Both the position numbers and the translations under genes were made by a program. The notes under the pieces are model-generated. The model saw nothing but the letters and a program-made list of their open reading frames with translations. It had not been told where the DNA came from and ran no database searches. This document shows positions 17,752 to 26,995 of a stretch of DNA of 32,000 nt, in pieces. Source of the stretch: Promethearchaeota archaeon (GTDB taxonomy: Archaea; Asgardarchaeota; Odinarchaeia; Odinarchaeales; JBHLKK01). Location of the stretch: NCBI GenBank assembly GCA_048939465.1, contig JBHLPL010000006.1, positions 1,256 to 33,255 of the forward strand, read 5' to 3'. How positions within the stretch are numbered: the stretch's first letter is position 1; every line of letters starts with the position of its first letter.

Positions 17752-19041
17752 TTACTCATCCATTAGCCTAGACCATAAAGCCACTAACTCTCTTGAGATA
17801 TTCCGATGATCTTCACTGTAGATCTTAAGAGCTTCTTCACCCTTTTTGCTCAAGAGCAAAAACCTCTGATGGTTCCCGTCCCCCTCAGGATCCGTAAAGG
17901 AGATAATGTACTTCAGTCTTTCGAGTTTCTCAAGAACCTTCAAAGTCGTATTAATGTCCGTCGTGGGGGCAACACGCTCAAGAGTTGAGCCAGGATAATC
18001 AAGCAATGATTGTAGGACTTCAACAGCAAGAGGTAGTTCGTCATCTGCGAAGTCCTCATCCAGTAGGATTCTTCTTATTCGCATTGTGCTGTCCGAATAT
18101 GGTTTCATGGGATCGATTCTATGGGTTGGTGCGTAATCACTAATCTCTCTTTCGGTTGTTTCCCGGAGGGCTAGGTCCGTTGAAAGATGAGAAGGGGACC
18201 GTCGCTTCTTGGAAGACACATTTGATGTTAATGATGAAGCTATCGGACCCTCTGTAATCAAATTCGCAACCTCGGATTCTCTCAGAGCGAGATCAAGACC
18301 AGTCTCAGAGTCTATTCCACCGCTCATAATTCCCGATCGCAGGACTTTGATTAGGTTGTCTCGATCAATTCTGCGAACTTCGCACTCTGGAAATGATGTA
18401 TGAATGGAAGTCTTCACTATAAACATATTTTTCCGGACTTCTTCGGCCAGTATTGCGCACTTCTCTTCGAGGTTTAAAAAGCCCTTCATATTCTTGTGGA
18501 CCGCAATTAGCACCTTCACATTCCAATAATTTTCATGCAGCTTGAGATAGTTGAGTCTGTCATGGTTGACTCGATCCTCTGATGGATTTTGAACCAAGAT
18601 ATACGTTAGTGATATGTTCTCGTCATGAAGAGTCTTCAGAACACCATCAAGATCTCCTCTGAAGCCCTTTGGGACCATTTTGAGAGCAAGGAATCCTAAG
18701 GCAGTTATTGTAGATTCCTTCTTTGTTATAACTACGTCATCATAGTTTCCGTAAAGATAAAACTGAATGCCTTTTAGGACATCTATTTCTTTCAGTCTAC
18801 CCTGAGTTTCTCTTCTTACATTTCTAAGTCTTCCCACATCATAGAGCTTCTTCTTTGCTCCTTTGGCAAGTCTTTTGAGTTGACTGTAATTCAGCGCAAC
18901 CATTGTAACTGCCATTGGTATAATGAAAAGGAATAGTGTGACAGCTGTGTTACTTGCAAGGAGTAGAATAGCGTTTAGTGCAATGAATCCAACCACCAGG
19001 AGAACGATGAATTTAATGATCCCTCCAGATAGAACCTTCAC
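17752..19041 (-). CDS. Membrane-anchored hypothetical protein (two N-terminal TM helices, C-terminal winged helix)
   Basis: Hydrophobic N-terminus IIKFIVLLVVGFIALNAILLL / TAVTLFLFIIPMAVTMVAL; C-terminal wHTH pattern TLKVLEKLERLKYII...LLLSKKGEEAL; GTGA stop/start overlap with the upstream gene. Confidence 0.65.
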   Translation of the reverse strand: MKVLSGGIIKFIVLLVVGFIALNAILLLASNTAVTLFLFIIPMAVTMVALNYSQLKRLAKGAKKKLYDVGRLRNVRRETQGRLKEIDVLKGIQFYLYGNYDDVVITKKESTITALGFLALKMVPKGFRGDLDGVLKTLHDENISLTYILVQNPSEDRVNHDRLNYLKLHENYWNVKVLIAVHKNMKGFLNLEEKCAILAEEVRKNMFIVKTSIHTSFPECEVRRIDRDNLIKVLRSGIMSGGIDSETGLDLALRESEVANLITEGPIASSLTSNVSSKKRRSPSHLSTDLALRETTEREISDYAPTHRIDPMKPYSDSTMRIRRILLDEDFADDELPLAVEVLQSLLDYPGSTLERVAPTTDINTTLKVLEKLERLKYIISFTDPEGDGNHQRFLLLSKKGEEALKIYSEDHRNISRELVALWSRLMDE

Positions 19042-19409
19042 GATTCAAACTCTCCCAACAGCTTTGTTCCAATATAGATTGTGAACATCCCTGGGACCCC
19101 AAAGCCAATAAACCATAGCACTGTTTCAAACATGCCAGATTGAGTAAATAATCCACCAATGACTCCTGCCATGGCTACCGTGAGAAATCCCACCCCGACG
19201 GACGTGATGAGGCTCCCTACAAGCCTATGAACAGGGCTAGTACCTCGCCTCTCCTCCTTAATCCTAGCTCTTTCCAGCCTATCAAGTAAGTCCAGACAGC
19301 TAAGCTTGGAAATAGCATAATCGCTGGAAGACATCTCTCCTTCCTCATACTTCGAATCAATGAATTTCAAAAGCCTAGCTACCTCTTCTTCCATCACCGA
19401 AATCCTCAT
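19038..19409 (-). CDS. Small membrane protein with N-terminal SHOCT-like motif and two TM helices
   Basis: IDSKYEEGEMSSSDY motif; hydrophobic LVGSLITSVGVGFLTVAMAGVIGGLF and TVLWFIGFGVPGMFTIYIG; translationally coupled to 17752..19041. Confidence 0.6.
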   Translation of the reverse strand: MRISVMEEEVARLLKFIDSKYEEGEMSSSDYAISKLSCLDLLDRLERARIKEERRGTSPVHRLVGSLITSVGVGFLTVAMAGVIGGLFTQSGMFETVLWFIGFGVPGMFTIYIGTKLLGEFES

Positions 19410-19651
19410 TCGTTTTAGGTCCCTCTGAGAATAGGGTTTCTTTTTAAAGCTTGCCAGAATACGTACGAAAAACTGTCAGGAATTTTCAATTCGGGAAAAA
19501 CGAATCAGAATATTCCTATTTGACAAGAAAGAGACCTATTTGACCGCAAACGTTAGAATAAGCCAAGCTGGAGGAAATTCGATAAGAACGATTCTGAATC
19601 CACCTAAGAAAATTCTCATGCCGCTAAGCAAAAACGCGACAAATTGCCTAA

Positions 19652-19935
19652 TCACAAATGCCTTGATTCTTGAAAGCTACTGCCTTTGCTCCTTAGTGGG
19701 AGTTTTGCCAGCTCTTCCACCCATCAGGCTTCAAGTCCTACGCTGTTCTTCAGTTCTTTGCACGGAAAACCTTTACAAAGAGTACAGAATCGCAGATTTT
19801 TGTCCACTCTTCAACAGCTAAGTATTCTGCAGTTTAACATGTCAGCGCTACTGCATTCCCGCACCCCCAGTTCATGTAAAACCTGCGGAGGCCGCAGTAG
19901 GGCCCGTAAGGCGCTGCCATGGGATCATAACTCAA
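19652..19935 (-). pseudogene. Decayed DUF3795-family Cys-rich gene
   Basis: Manual translation: LSYDPMAAPYGPYCGLRRFYMNWGCG, then a 1-nt frameshift near 19857, then CSSADMLNCRILSC*RVDKNLRFCTLCKGFPCKELK...EA*WVEELAK. It keeps the DUF3795 C..C..FPC pattern, has SD GGTGA before TTG 19935, and has in-frame stops at 19811-19813 and 19724-19726. Confidence 0.7.
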
Positions 19936-20026
19936 GGGAGTCACCAATCAATACCTTTGTAGGGGGTACAAGTAAGCTTTTTTACTATGAAAACCATGCT
20001 AACAAACTGTATTGAGGAGATTTGTG

Positions 20027-20647
20027 ATGAATTGGCTCGGCATAGATCCAGTGGTAATGTTTGAACTGTCCTTGGTGCTTGTAGTTATGGTTAATCCCTT
20101 TAGCAAAATGCTACTTGTGAGAATGATTTCTGAAAGATCTGCAATGTCTGATAGAGAACTGATTCTTCGCAGTAATCTCGTTGGGTTAGTTATCCTCATC
20201 ATATTCTGTATTTCGGGAACAGCCTTGTTGCAGTATGTCTTTAATATAGGAATCGACGCGCTGAGGATCGCAGGAGGAATTGTTGTTTTTCTCATAGGTT
20301 TTGAATTCCTGTGGAAGGGGGAACTAAAATCCTTTGCAGGGGCAGAATCAACCTCCGGTTTTGAAGTAGTGCCACTAGGAACACCTCTGATCACGGGGCC
20401 ATCTGTAATAACTACAACAATTGTGTCAGCAAGTCAGTACGGATACCTAACTGTGATACTTGCTGGTATTCTAGCAATAGGCTATAATACAGGTGCAATG
20501 TTGATTGGCTCATCAATATCAAGCAGAATAAATCCAAAAATCCTAGGTGCGCTTATCAGAATCCTAGGACTGTTTACTGCGGCAATTGGTGTCCAAATGA
20601 TGTTAACCGGTATCAAAAATTACATAGTGACCGAGCTGGTACCCTGA
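20027..20647 (+). CDS. MarC family (UPF0056) integral membrane protein
   Basis: LVVMVNPFSK, IGIDALRIAGGIVVF, VVPLGTPLITGPSVITT, LIRILGLFTAAIGVQMMLTG; SD GAGGAG. Confidence 0.9.
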   Translation: MNWLGIDPVVMFELSLVLVVMVNPFSKMLLVRMISERSAMSDRELILRSNLVGLVILIIFCISGTALLQYVFNIGIDALRIAGGIVVFLIGFEFLWKGELKSFAGAESTSGFEVVPLGTPLITGPSVITTTIVSASQYGYLTVILAGILAIGYNTGAMLIGSSISSRINPKILGALIRILGLFTAAIGVQMMLTGIKNYIVTELVP

Positions 20648-20890
20648 CGCTCAGAAGCGAGTATATGACCCGAGTACCTCTCAATTTTTGACAATTATAA
20701 TAGCATAAGACCAATGATATCAAGCGCATTAAGATTCCTGCTCAGAAGCATCAAAACGAATATTACAACGAATCCCAGCGATATAACTAACCATATTATG
20801 CTATCATCAAAAAGGAAATTTGAGAACATCATGGATTCCTATAGGGTAGTGCAAAGTATATTAATATTCAGTCTTCTAAAAGGTGATGTT

Positions 20891-21115
20891 GTGGCCAGCT
20901 TGAGGTACGTTGTTGAAGTCAGATTCCGCAGGAACTACATCAGAGTGGAGGGAAGTAGTATTTACGTCGGACTTCTGTCAAGACCTGAAAAAGGCAAGGC
21001 CAACCTGGAGTTGATCAAGAAGCTTGCCAGATACTTCAAAATACATTCTTCTCAAATTAAGATAGTCTCTGGGCTAAAATCAAAAAGCAAGATAATAGAA
21101 ATAACCGACGCATAG
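20891..21115 (+). CDS. DUF167/UPF0235 (YggU-like) protein
   Basis: PEKGKANLELIKKLARYF...SQIKIVSGLKSKSK; GTG 20891 after SD AGGTGA. The longer ORF call from 20714 is probably an over-extension. Confidence 0.85.
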   Translation: MASLRYVVEVRFRRNYIRVEGSSIYVGLLSRPEKGKANLELIKKLARYFKIHSSQIKIVSGLKSKSKIIEITDA

Positions 21116-21178
21116 AAACCTTGACCAATTCGCAAAAGGAAAGGCTTATATATAACGCCGTTATAGTCTTGTTGAGGT

Positions 21179-21470
21179 CTACGTATGTGTTGTAGAGCTG
21201 CTTTGAGATATCAAAAACCTCCCAAGAATGTCGAAAAGGCCAGATACATGGAAGAGAGGATACCGTTCTGCTACAAAAGAAGTAAGAAGTAGGATAGCAC
21301 CAATTAGAGGTACTGAATCAGACTGTTGGAAACCTTGGAGGAGTGATGAGCTATGAGTGGTTGTTGCCAAGGTAGTAAATCAGGCAAGAAAAAGGAAGAT
21401 AAGAAGGAAAAGCGGGAATAAGTGGCTCGCGAAGGTAAAGGCCCGTTCGGGGATGTTTTTTCTTTTTCAT
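21179..21470 (-). pseudogene. Possible decayed small membrane-protein gene
   Basis: ATG 21470 MKKK, a +1 frameshift in an A6 run, then IPERAFTFASHLFPLFLLIFLFLA*FTTL (TGA at 21380-21382), continuing in frame into the 21179..21370 ORF with a second hydrophobic stretch. Confidence 0.3.
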
Positions 21471-21542
21471 TTCAAGTAACTTAGAGAACCGCTAATGGCC
21501 TCGCCAATGGCTTTAAGATCAGCCAAATAAGGAGGGAATTGC

Positions 21543-22007
21543 ATGGGTGATTTGAGTCTTGTTGGGAGATGTGGGTTGTACTGTGGTGCATGCGGAATAC
21601 TCAGGGCATACAAGGACAGAGGAGAGTATCTTCAAAAGGTCGCTAAATTCCATAAACTACCACCAGAAAAAATAAGATGTGAGGGTTGCCAAGCTCTCAC
21701 CGCTGACTGTTGGGGATCTAATTGTGAGATCCTCAAGTGCCTAGATGCAAAAGGATTCGATTACTGCTATCAGTGCCCAGACTATGATTCAAGGTCATGC
21801 GAAAAGTTTGAAAAGTTCGCAGAAGCCTATCTAAAGGAAGACAATGTAGATCTCAGAGCAAACCTTGAGAGAATAAAGGCGGGAGACTACGAGAACTGGC
21901 TTAAGGAAAGCGAAGAGAGATTCAGATGTCCTAAATGCGGAAAACCTTTGTCAACATATAGCAGGATTACCGAGTGTTATCACTGTAATGAGAAACTGTC
22001 AGGTTAG
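21543..22007 (+). CDS. DUF3795 domain Cys-rich protein with C-terminal zinc ribbon
   Basis: CGLYCGACG, CEGC, CEILKC, CYQCPDY...C, CPKCG...CYHC; SD GGAGGG. Confidence 0.85.
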   Translation: MGDLSLVGRCGLYCGACGILRAYKDRGEYLQKVAKFHKLPPEKIRCEGCQALTADCWGSNCEILKCLDAKGFDYCYQCPDYDSRSCEKFEKFAEAYLKEDNVDLRANLERIKAGDYENWLKESEERFRCPKCGKPLSTYSRITECYHCNEKLSG

Positions 22008-22055
22008 CGAACCATTCAATCTACTTCTGAAGTTCCATTGTGGGGAATGACACTA

Positions 22056-23300
22056 ATGCTAAGGCTATTTAATACCCTTACACATAAGAAGGAACCCTTT
22101 ATCTCGAGAGAAGGTAAGAAAGTAAAAATGTACACTTGCGGCCCTTCAGTCTATAGACGGCCCCATATTGGGAATTATCGCACTTTTCTCTATGAGGATG
22201 TTCTTCAACGATATCTGGAGTATCTCGGCTATAATGTTATCCGGCTTGTCACTTTAACAGATGTTGAAGACAAGGCAATCTACGAAGCAGAAAACAAGAA
22301 GACTGCTCTGGAGAATCTCACACAGAGAATTGCTGAGGTATTCTTCTCTGAGGAGAAGCTTCTGGGAATCAAACCTGCAGACTTCTTTCCTCGTTCTTCA
22401 ACTTCGGTCGATCAAGCAGTAGAACTGATTAAGATCTTGATAGATAAGGGATACGCCTATTGGCACAAGCATGAGAATAGACTAAATGTTTACCTAGATC
22501 CATTGAAGATCAAAGAATTTGGAAAACTGTCAAAAATAGATATGAATAACTGGCCGAAGAGTAAACGCCGGTTCCATAAAGACAATTATCCTGGTACCCC
22601 TTGGAACAAGGGAGATTTCATACTGTGGCACGGCCATAAGAAGGCGGACAAAGTATACTGGGATACCGACATTGGTAAAGGCAGACCAGCCTGGAACGTC
22701 CAAGACGGAGCCATGGTAACCAAACATCTGGGATTCAGCGTAGATATTGCGTGCGGGGGAATAGATAATCTCGTGAGACATCATGACTACAATATCGCAG
22801 TAATAGAAGGAGTCTCAAACAAGGAGTTTTCGCATTACTGGCTCCATGGTGAGCATCTGCTTGTGGATGGAAAGAAGATGTCGAAAAGCAGGGGAAATGT
22901 CTATTACCCTGGGGATCTCATACAGATGGGATATAGTGAAAAACATATACGTTTCTTTCTCATCTACGAACACTACAGAAAGCGATTGAACTTCACAGTT
23001 AAGAAATTCAAGAGAATAAGCCAGAGACTGGACAACTTCAGAGACACTATCGGAGATCTGATAAGCGGAGAATCCGGTGAGTCAAGTCAGACAGCAAGAA
23101 GTCTTGTCGCCGAGATTATTACTAGTTTTGAAGAGAATATGAACAATGACTTGAATGTGAAGAATGGCTTTGATGATCTTCAAAGGATCATCTTAGGACT
23201 CAACACATTAAGGAAGAATGGCAGACTTGCAACTGAAGACGCTGCTGCTGCCGTAGCAAGCCTGCAGAAGATTGATCAAGTTCTACGCGTAATCTTCTGA
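22056..23300 (+). CDS. Cysteinyl-tRNA synthetase paralog (class I) with altered Zn ligands and no C-terminal anticodon domain
   Basis: MLRLFNTLT..KE.F, YTCGPSVY..PHIGNYRTF, TDVEDK, GRPAWNVQDGAM, HHDYNIA, KMSKS; ends after the DALR-like helical domain. Confidence 0.85.
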   Translation: MLRLFNTLTHKKEPFISREGKKVKMYTCGPSVYRRPHIGNYRTFLYEDVLQRYLEYLGYNVIRLVTLTDVEDKAIYEAENKKTALENLTQRIAEVFFSEEKLLGIKPADFFPRSSTSVDQAVELIKILIDKGYAYWHKHENRLNVYLDPLKIKEFGKLSKIDMNNWPKSKRRFHKDNYPGTPWNKGDFILWHGHKKADKVYWDTDIGKGRPAWNVQDGAMVTKHLGFSVDIACGGIDNLVRHHDYNIAVIEGVSNKEFSHYWLHGEHLLVDGKKMSKSRGNVYYPGDLIQMGYSEKHIRFFLIYEHYRKRLNFTVKKFKRISQRLDNFRDTIGDLISGESGESSQTARSLVAEIITSFEENMNNDLNVKNGFDDLQRIILGLNTLRKNGRLATEDAAAAVASLQKIDQVLRVIF

Positions 23301-23770
23301 TATTTCGGGGTTAAGCAGAAATGAGAGGTGCTGTGTTTAAACTGAATACCTTTCAGATGATTTCCCACCACTGAAATGCAAGCCTTTCGAAGCAGGAATA
23401 CCCAAGCCTAATGAGAGAGGATCAAGAGTCATCACAAGTAGGACAGGAATACGAAAGCGGAGAGAAAACACCGTAGAGAAGGTCTACAGATTAGAATACC
23501 TCAAAATAAGCAAATAGATTCTTCAAAAAGGCAGCAGAGGCAGCCTAAGACGAAGAAGATCGTCAGGATTTATACATTTCATGGAATATGACAGGATTAA
23601 TTCCGATTAATCACGTCTATAGGAACCTCCTGAGAATTATTTCATTTTGGCAGGAAAAATAAACAATGTCCAAACCTAAATCTCGAAATCTTTTTAATAT
23701 TATTCATTATACGAATTAAACGTCATAAAAAAAGATGAATGAGAAGTACTCAATTCGGGGGTGGAGTAAT

Positions 23771-26179
23771 ATGGTGGAAGAACTACCGGTTGAGAACCTA
23801 AGAAAAGTGTTTAGGCCCGAGGGGTTCGAGTGTGAAACTACCAAAGACCTGCCGCCTCTTGAGGGAATTGTTGGTCAAGAGAGGGCAGTGAGGGCACTGA
23901 GATTTGGGCTGGATATCAAGGAACCAGGGTTCAACGTATACATGGCAGGAGAATCAGGGACTGGCAGGATGACAGTTTTAAAGGATTTCCTGGGTGAGAT
24001 AGCAAAAAAGAAGAAGATTCCAGACGACTGGTGTTACGTTAATAACTTCAAGAGTCCCTACGAGCCAGAGGCTGTAAAACTGCCTGCGGGTAAAGGCAAG
24101 GAATTCAAGAAGGACATGGCGAACCTAATTAATGATATTAGAAGATTGCTCCCTGAAGCCTTCAGAAGTGATGATTATACCGCGAAAAGAGAGGCAACCG
24201 TCAGAGCCATAGAGGAAGAGAGAGAGGAACTAATTACTCGGGTCAACAAGAGAGTTCAAGAAGAGGGATTCTCCCTCAGAAGCAGCCCGATAGGTTTGGT
24301 TATGATTCCCATGGTTGAGGGGAAACCCTTGAGCGAGGAGGAGTTTGTGGCTCTAAGTCCAGAGAGAAAGGAAGAAATCGAGAAGCGAAGAACAAAACTA
24401 GATACGGAACTGAGAGTTGTCTTAAGGCAAATAAGGGATTTAGGAAAGAAGATTGGACAGGAGCTTGAAAAAGTCAATCATGAAGTGGCCCTCTTTGTAA
24501 TAGGGCCATTAATAGCGGATCTAAAAGAGAAATATGAAGGGCTTTCTGGATGTTTGAATTACATAGATAATGTTAAGGATGACATCTTAGAGAATGCTCC
24601 ACAGTTTATAAAGGAACGCGGGCCCAAGGCTCCCGGCATTTCTGCTCAACTTCCTTGGACCATGGAGGTTCCTTTCAGAAAATACGAAGTGAACCTAACA
24701 GTAGATAATTCAGATCTGCAAGGTGCTCCAGTGGTTTTGGAGACCAATCCAACACATCAGAATCTATTTGGAAAGATCGAGAAGGAGGCACGATTCGGGG
24801 TTTTAACAACTGATTTCACCATGATACGGCCAGGTTCGTTACACAGAGCAAATGGTGGATATCTGGTACTTCCGGTTGAAGAGCTGCTGCGAAACATTTT
24901 CACTTGGGACGGACTCAAGATGGCCATCAAGAATAAGGAGGTTTCAGTCGAAGAACTGGGAGAACGCCTAGGGTTTATCACAACGAAGAGTCTTAGGCCC
25001 GCTCCCATACCGTTAGATGCCAAGGTGATACTTGTAGGGAAGACCGAGTACTATCATATTCTGTATATTCTTGACAGAGACTTCAAAGAGTTGTTCAAGG
25101 TCAAAGCAGAGTTCGACACAACCATGGATCGGACAAAAGAAAACATAGACAAGTTTGCATCGTTCATTTGTACCTTCTGCAGAAAGGAGAATCTGAAACA
25201 TCACGAAGCAACAGCAGTGGCCAAGCTGATCGAGTACAGTTCCAGACTAGCTGACCATCAGGAGAAGTTGTCTACCAAATTCTCGGAAATTGCAGACATC
25301 ATCAGAGAAGCTAACTTCTACGCTACCCAGGAGAGCGCTGAGTATATCACAGGAAATCATGTCAGGAAAGCCATCGAAGAAAAAATACACAGATCAAGGC
25401 TTCTGCAAGAGAAGATACAGGAGATGATCAAGCAGGGGTTTCTGCTTATCGATATAGAAGGCGAGAAGGTGGGGCAGGTAAATGGGCTTTCTGTGATGAG
25501 TTTAGGCGATTTCTCCTTTGGGCGACCCTCACGTGTTACGTCAAGTGTTGGTATGGGGAGAGAAGGCATTATAGATATTGAGCGTGAGGCGATGCTCGGA
25601 GGAAGTATTCATACCAAAGGTGTCATGATACTTGGCGGCTACTTAACAGAGAAATATGCCAAGGATAAACCACTCAGCTTGTCTACACGATTAGTCTTTG
25701 AACAGAGTTACAGCGGAGTAGAAGGGGATAGTGCTTCAAGTACCGAACTCTATGCAATTCTCTCAGAACTCTCAGGACTTCCTATTAAGCAATATATTGC
25801 TGTTACTGGTTCTGTGAATCAGAAGGGAGAGGTTCAGGCTATTGGCGGAGTGAATCAAAAGATCGAGGGGTTCTTTGAAGTATGTAAGATCAAAGGTCTT
25901 ACAGGAAAACAAGGAGTGATGATACCTCAAAGCAACGTGCAAAATCTGATGTTAAAAGAAGAAGTATTAGAGGCAGTCAAGGAAGGGAAATTCCACGTAT
26001 ACGCTGTGAGTAGTATTGATGAGGGGGTTGAGGTCTTAACAGGGGTTCGGGCGGGTAAAAGAAAACCTGATGATGAGTTTGAAGAAGGAACTGTGAATTT
26101 TGCTGTGGACAAACGTCTAAGAGAAATGGCTGAAAAGATTAAGGAATATCCTGAATTTATCTTGAGAAAAAGAAGTTGA
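23771..26179 (+). CDS. Lon-like S16 protease, LonC type
   Basis: IVGQERAVRAL.FGL, degenerate Walker A GESGTGRMT, coiled-coil insertion, GSLHRANGGYL, catalytic Ser in VEGDSAS and Lys in IGGVNQKIEGF; ATG 23771 with SD GGGGTGGAG. Confidence 0.88.
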   Translation: MVEELPVENLRKVFRPEGFECETTKDLPPLEGIVGQERAVRALRFGLDIKEPGFNVYMAGESGTGRMTVLKDFLGEIAKKKKIPDDWCYVNNFKSPYEPEAVKLPAGKGKEFKKDMANLINDIRRLLPEAFRSDDYTAKREATVRAIEEEREELITRVNKRVQEEGFSLRSSPIGLVMIPMVEGKPLSEEEFVALSPERKEEIEKRRTKLDTELRVVLRQIRDLGKKIGQELEKVNHEVALFVIGPLIADLKEKYEGLSGCLNYIDNVKDDILENAPQFIKERGPKAPGISAQLPWTMEVPFRKYEVNLTVDNSDLQGAPVVLETNPTHQNLFGKIEKEARFGVLTTDFTMIRPGSLHRANGGYLVLPVEELLRNIFTWDGLKMAIKNKEVSVEELGERLGFITTKSLRPAPIPLDAKVILVGKTEYYHILYILDRDFKELFKVKAEFDTTMDRTKENIDKFASFICTFCRKENLKHHEATAVAKLIEYSSRLADHQEKLSTKFSEIADIIREANFYATQESAEYITGNHVRKAIEEKIHRSRLLQEKIQEMIKQGFLLIDIEGEKVGQVNGLSVMSLGDFSFGRPSRVTSSVGMGREGIIDIEREAMLGGSIHTKGVMILGGYLTEKYAKDKPLSLSTRLVFEQSYSGVEGDSASSTELYAILSELSGLPIKQYIAVTGSVNQKGEVQAIGGVNQKIEGFFEVCKIKGLTGKQGVMIPQSNVQNLMLKEEVLEAVKEGKFHVYAVSSIDEGVEVLTGVRAGKRKPDDEFEEGTVNFAVDKRLREMAEKIKEYPEFILRKRS

Positions 26180-26273
26180 TGGTTTGATCAGTTCTTTTTG
26201 AAAACTCCTTATTTTTTATTGGAGAGGGGAGTAATCGACATATTGTTATGCTCAAACAGTGGGGAACTGAATC

Positions 26274-26744
26274 ATGAACGAAAAGAAATCATTATTTAAA
26301 ATTCTAATCCAGAAGACAGTAGGTATCTTGAATGATGAAAGGGGCGAAAACAGAAAACTCAAGGAAATATGCAGATTGCTCAAGGATAATGTAACCTATT
26401 ATGATTGGGTGGGATTCTATTCTGTTGACAGGAAAGGAGAAAAGGAGCTTGTACTTGGACCGTTTGAGGGGGAACCGACAGAACATGTAAGAATACCTTT
26501 TGGAAAGGGGATATGTGGGCAAGCTGCGGACACGGAAAAGACGTATATCGTTCAAAATGTGAAAAAGGAATCAAACTACTTGTCCTGTAGCCCTAAAGTC
26601 AAGTCTGAGATTGTTGTCCCAATATCCAGAGGAGGAAGGGTCGTGGGTGAGATTGACGTAGATTCTCACACTCTTTCACCGTTCACAGAGGAAGATAGGG
26701 AATTCCTTGAGAAAATAAGTAGCTTGGTATCCAGTCTTCTTTAA
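26274..26744 (+). CDS. GAF domain protein, free methionine-R-sulfoxide reductase (fRMsr/MsrC)-like
   Basis: YDWVGFY, LVLGPFEGE, RIPFGKGICGQAA, YLSC...KSEIVVPI, GEIDVDS; the first (resolving) Cys of the E. coli-type enzyme is replaced by His (TEHVRI). Confidence 0.8.
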   Translation: MNEKKSLFKILIQKTVGILNDERGENRKLKEICRLLKDNVTYYDWVGFYSVDRKGEKELVLGPFEGEPTEHVRIPFGKGICGQAADTEKTYIVQNVKKESNYLSCSPKVKSEIVVPISRGGRVVGEIDVDSHTLSPFTEEDREFLEKISSLVSSLL

Positions 26745-26995
26745 GCCAGAGTCATGACTTGAGAAGGAGAATCAGAAGTTGTTCCTTGACCCCTATCATC
26801 ATATCGGGGGTGAAGAGCAAGGAAATATCAGGAATCTTATGTCGTGATTCAATGGATTAGTGTTCAAGAAATGCGCCATTGCCACATTATTTCGTCGTTT
26901 TGAAAAGGCATAAGAGAGAGGTTTCCCACAAATAGCAAGGTCGTTTGCAGTCTTGGAATATCCCTCTGAGAAGTATCCGATGCGAAAGACCTCAG

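Noticed and set aside
19811-19813. In-frame TGA next to Cys as possible selenocysteine
   Set aside because: The same gene has a frameshift, lost cysteines and a second stop, so decay is the simpler explanation; no SECIS was identified.
19883-19920. GC hairpin CTGCGG-AGG-CCGCAG and a GGCCCGTAAGG segment resembling SRP RNA helix 8
   Set aside because: It lies within the DUF3795 pseudogene, and the surrounding sequence lacks the other SRP helices.
22056-23300. Naming the gene cysS
   Set aside because: Two Zn ligands are substituted and the anticodon domain is missing, so canonical function is doubtful.
23301-23734. Hydrophobic broken frames on the minus strand of a 430-nt intergenic gap
   Set aside because: Multiple stops in all frames and no family signal; cannot be supported as a pseudogene.
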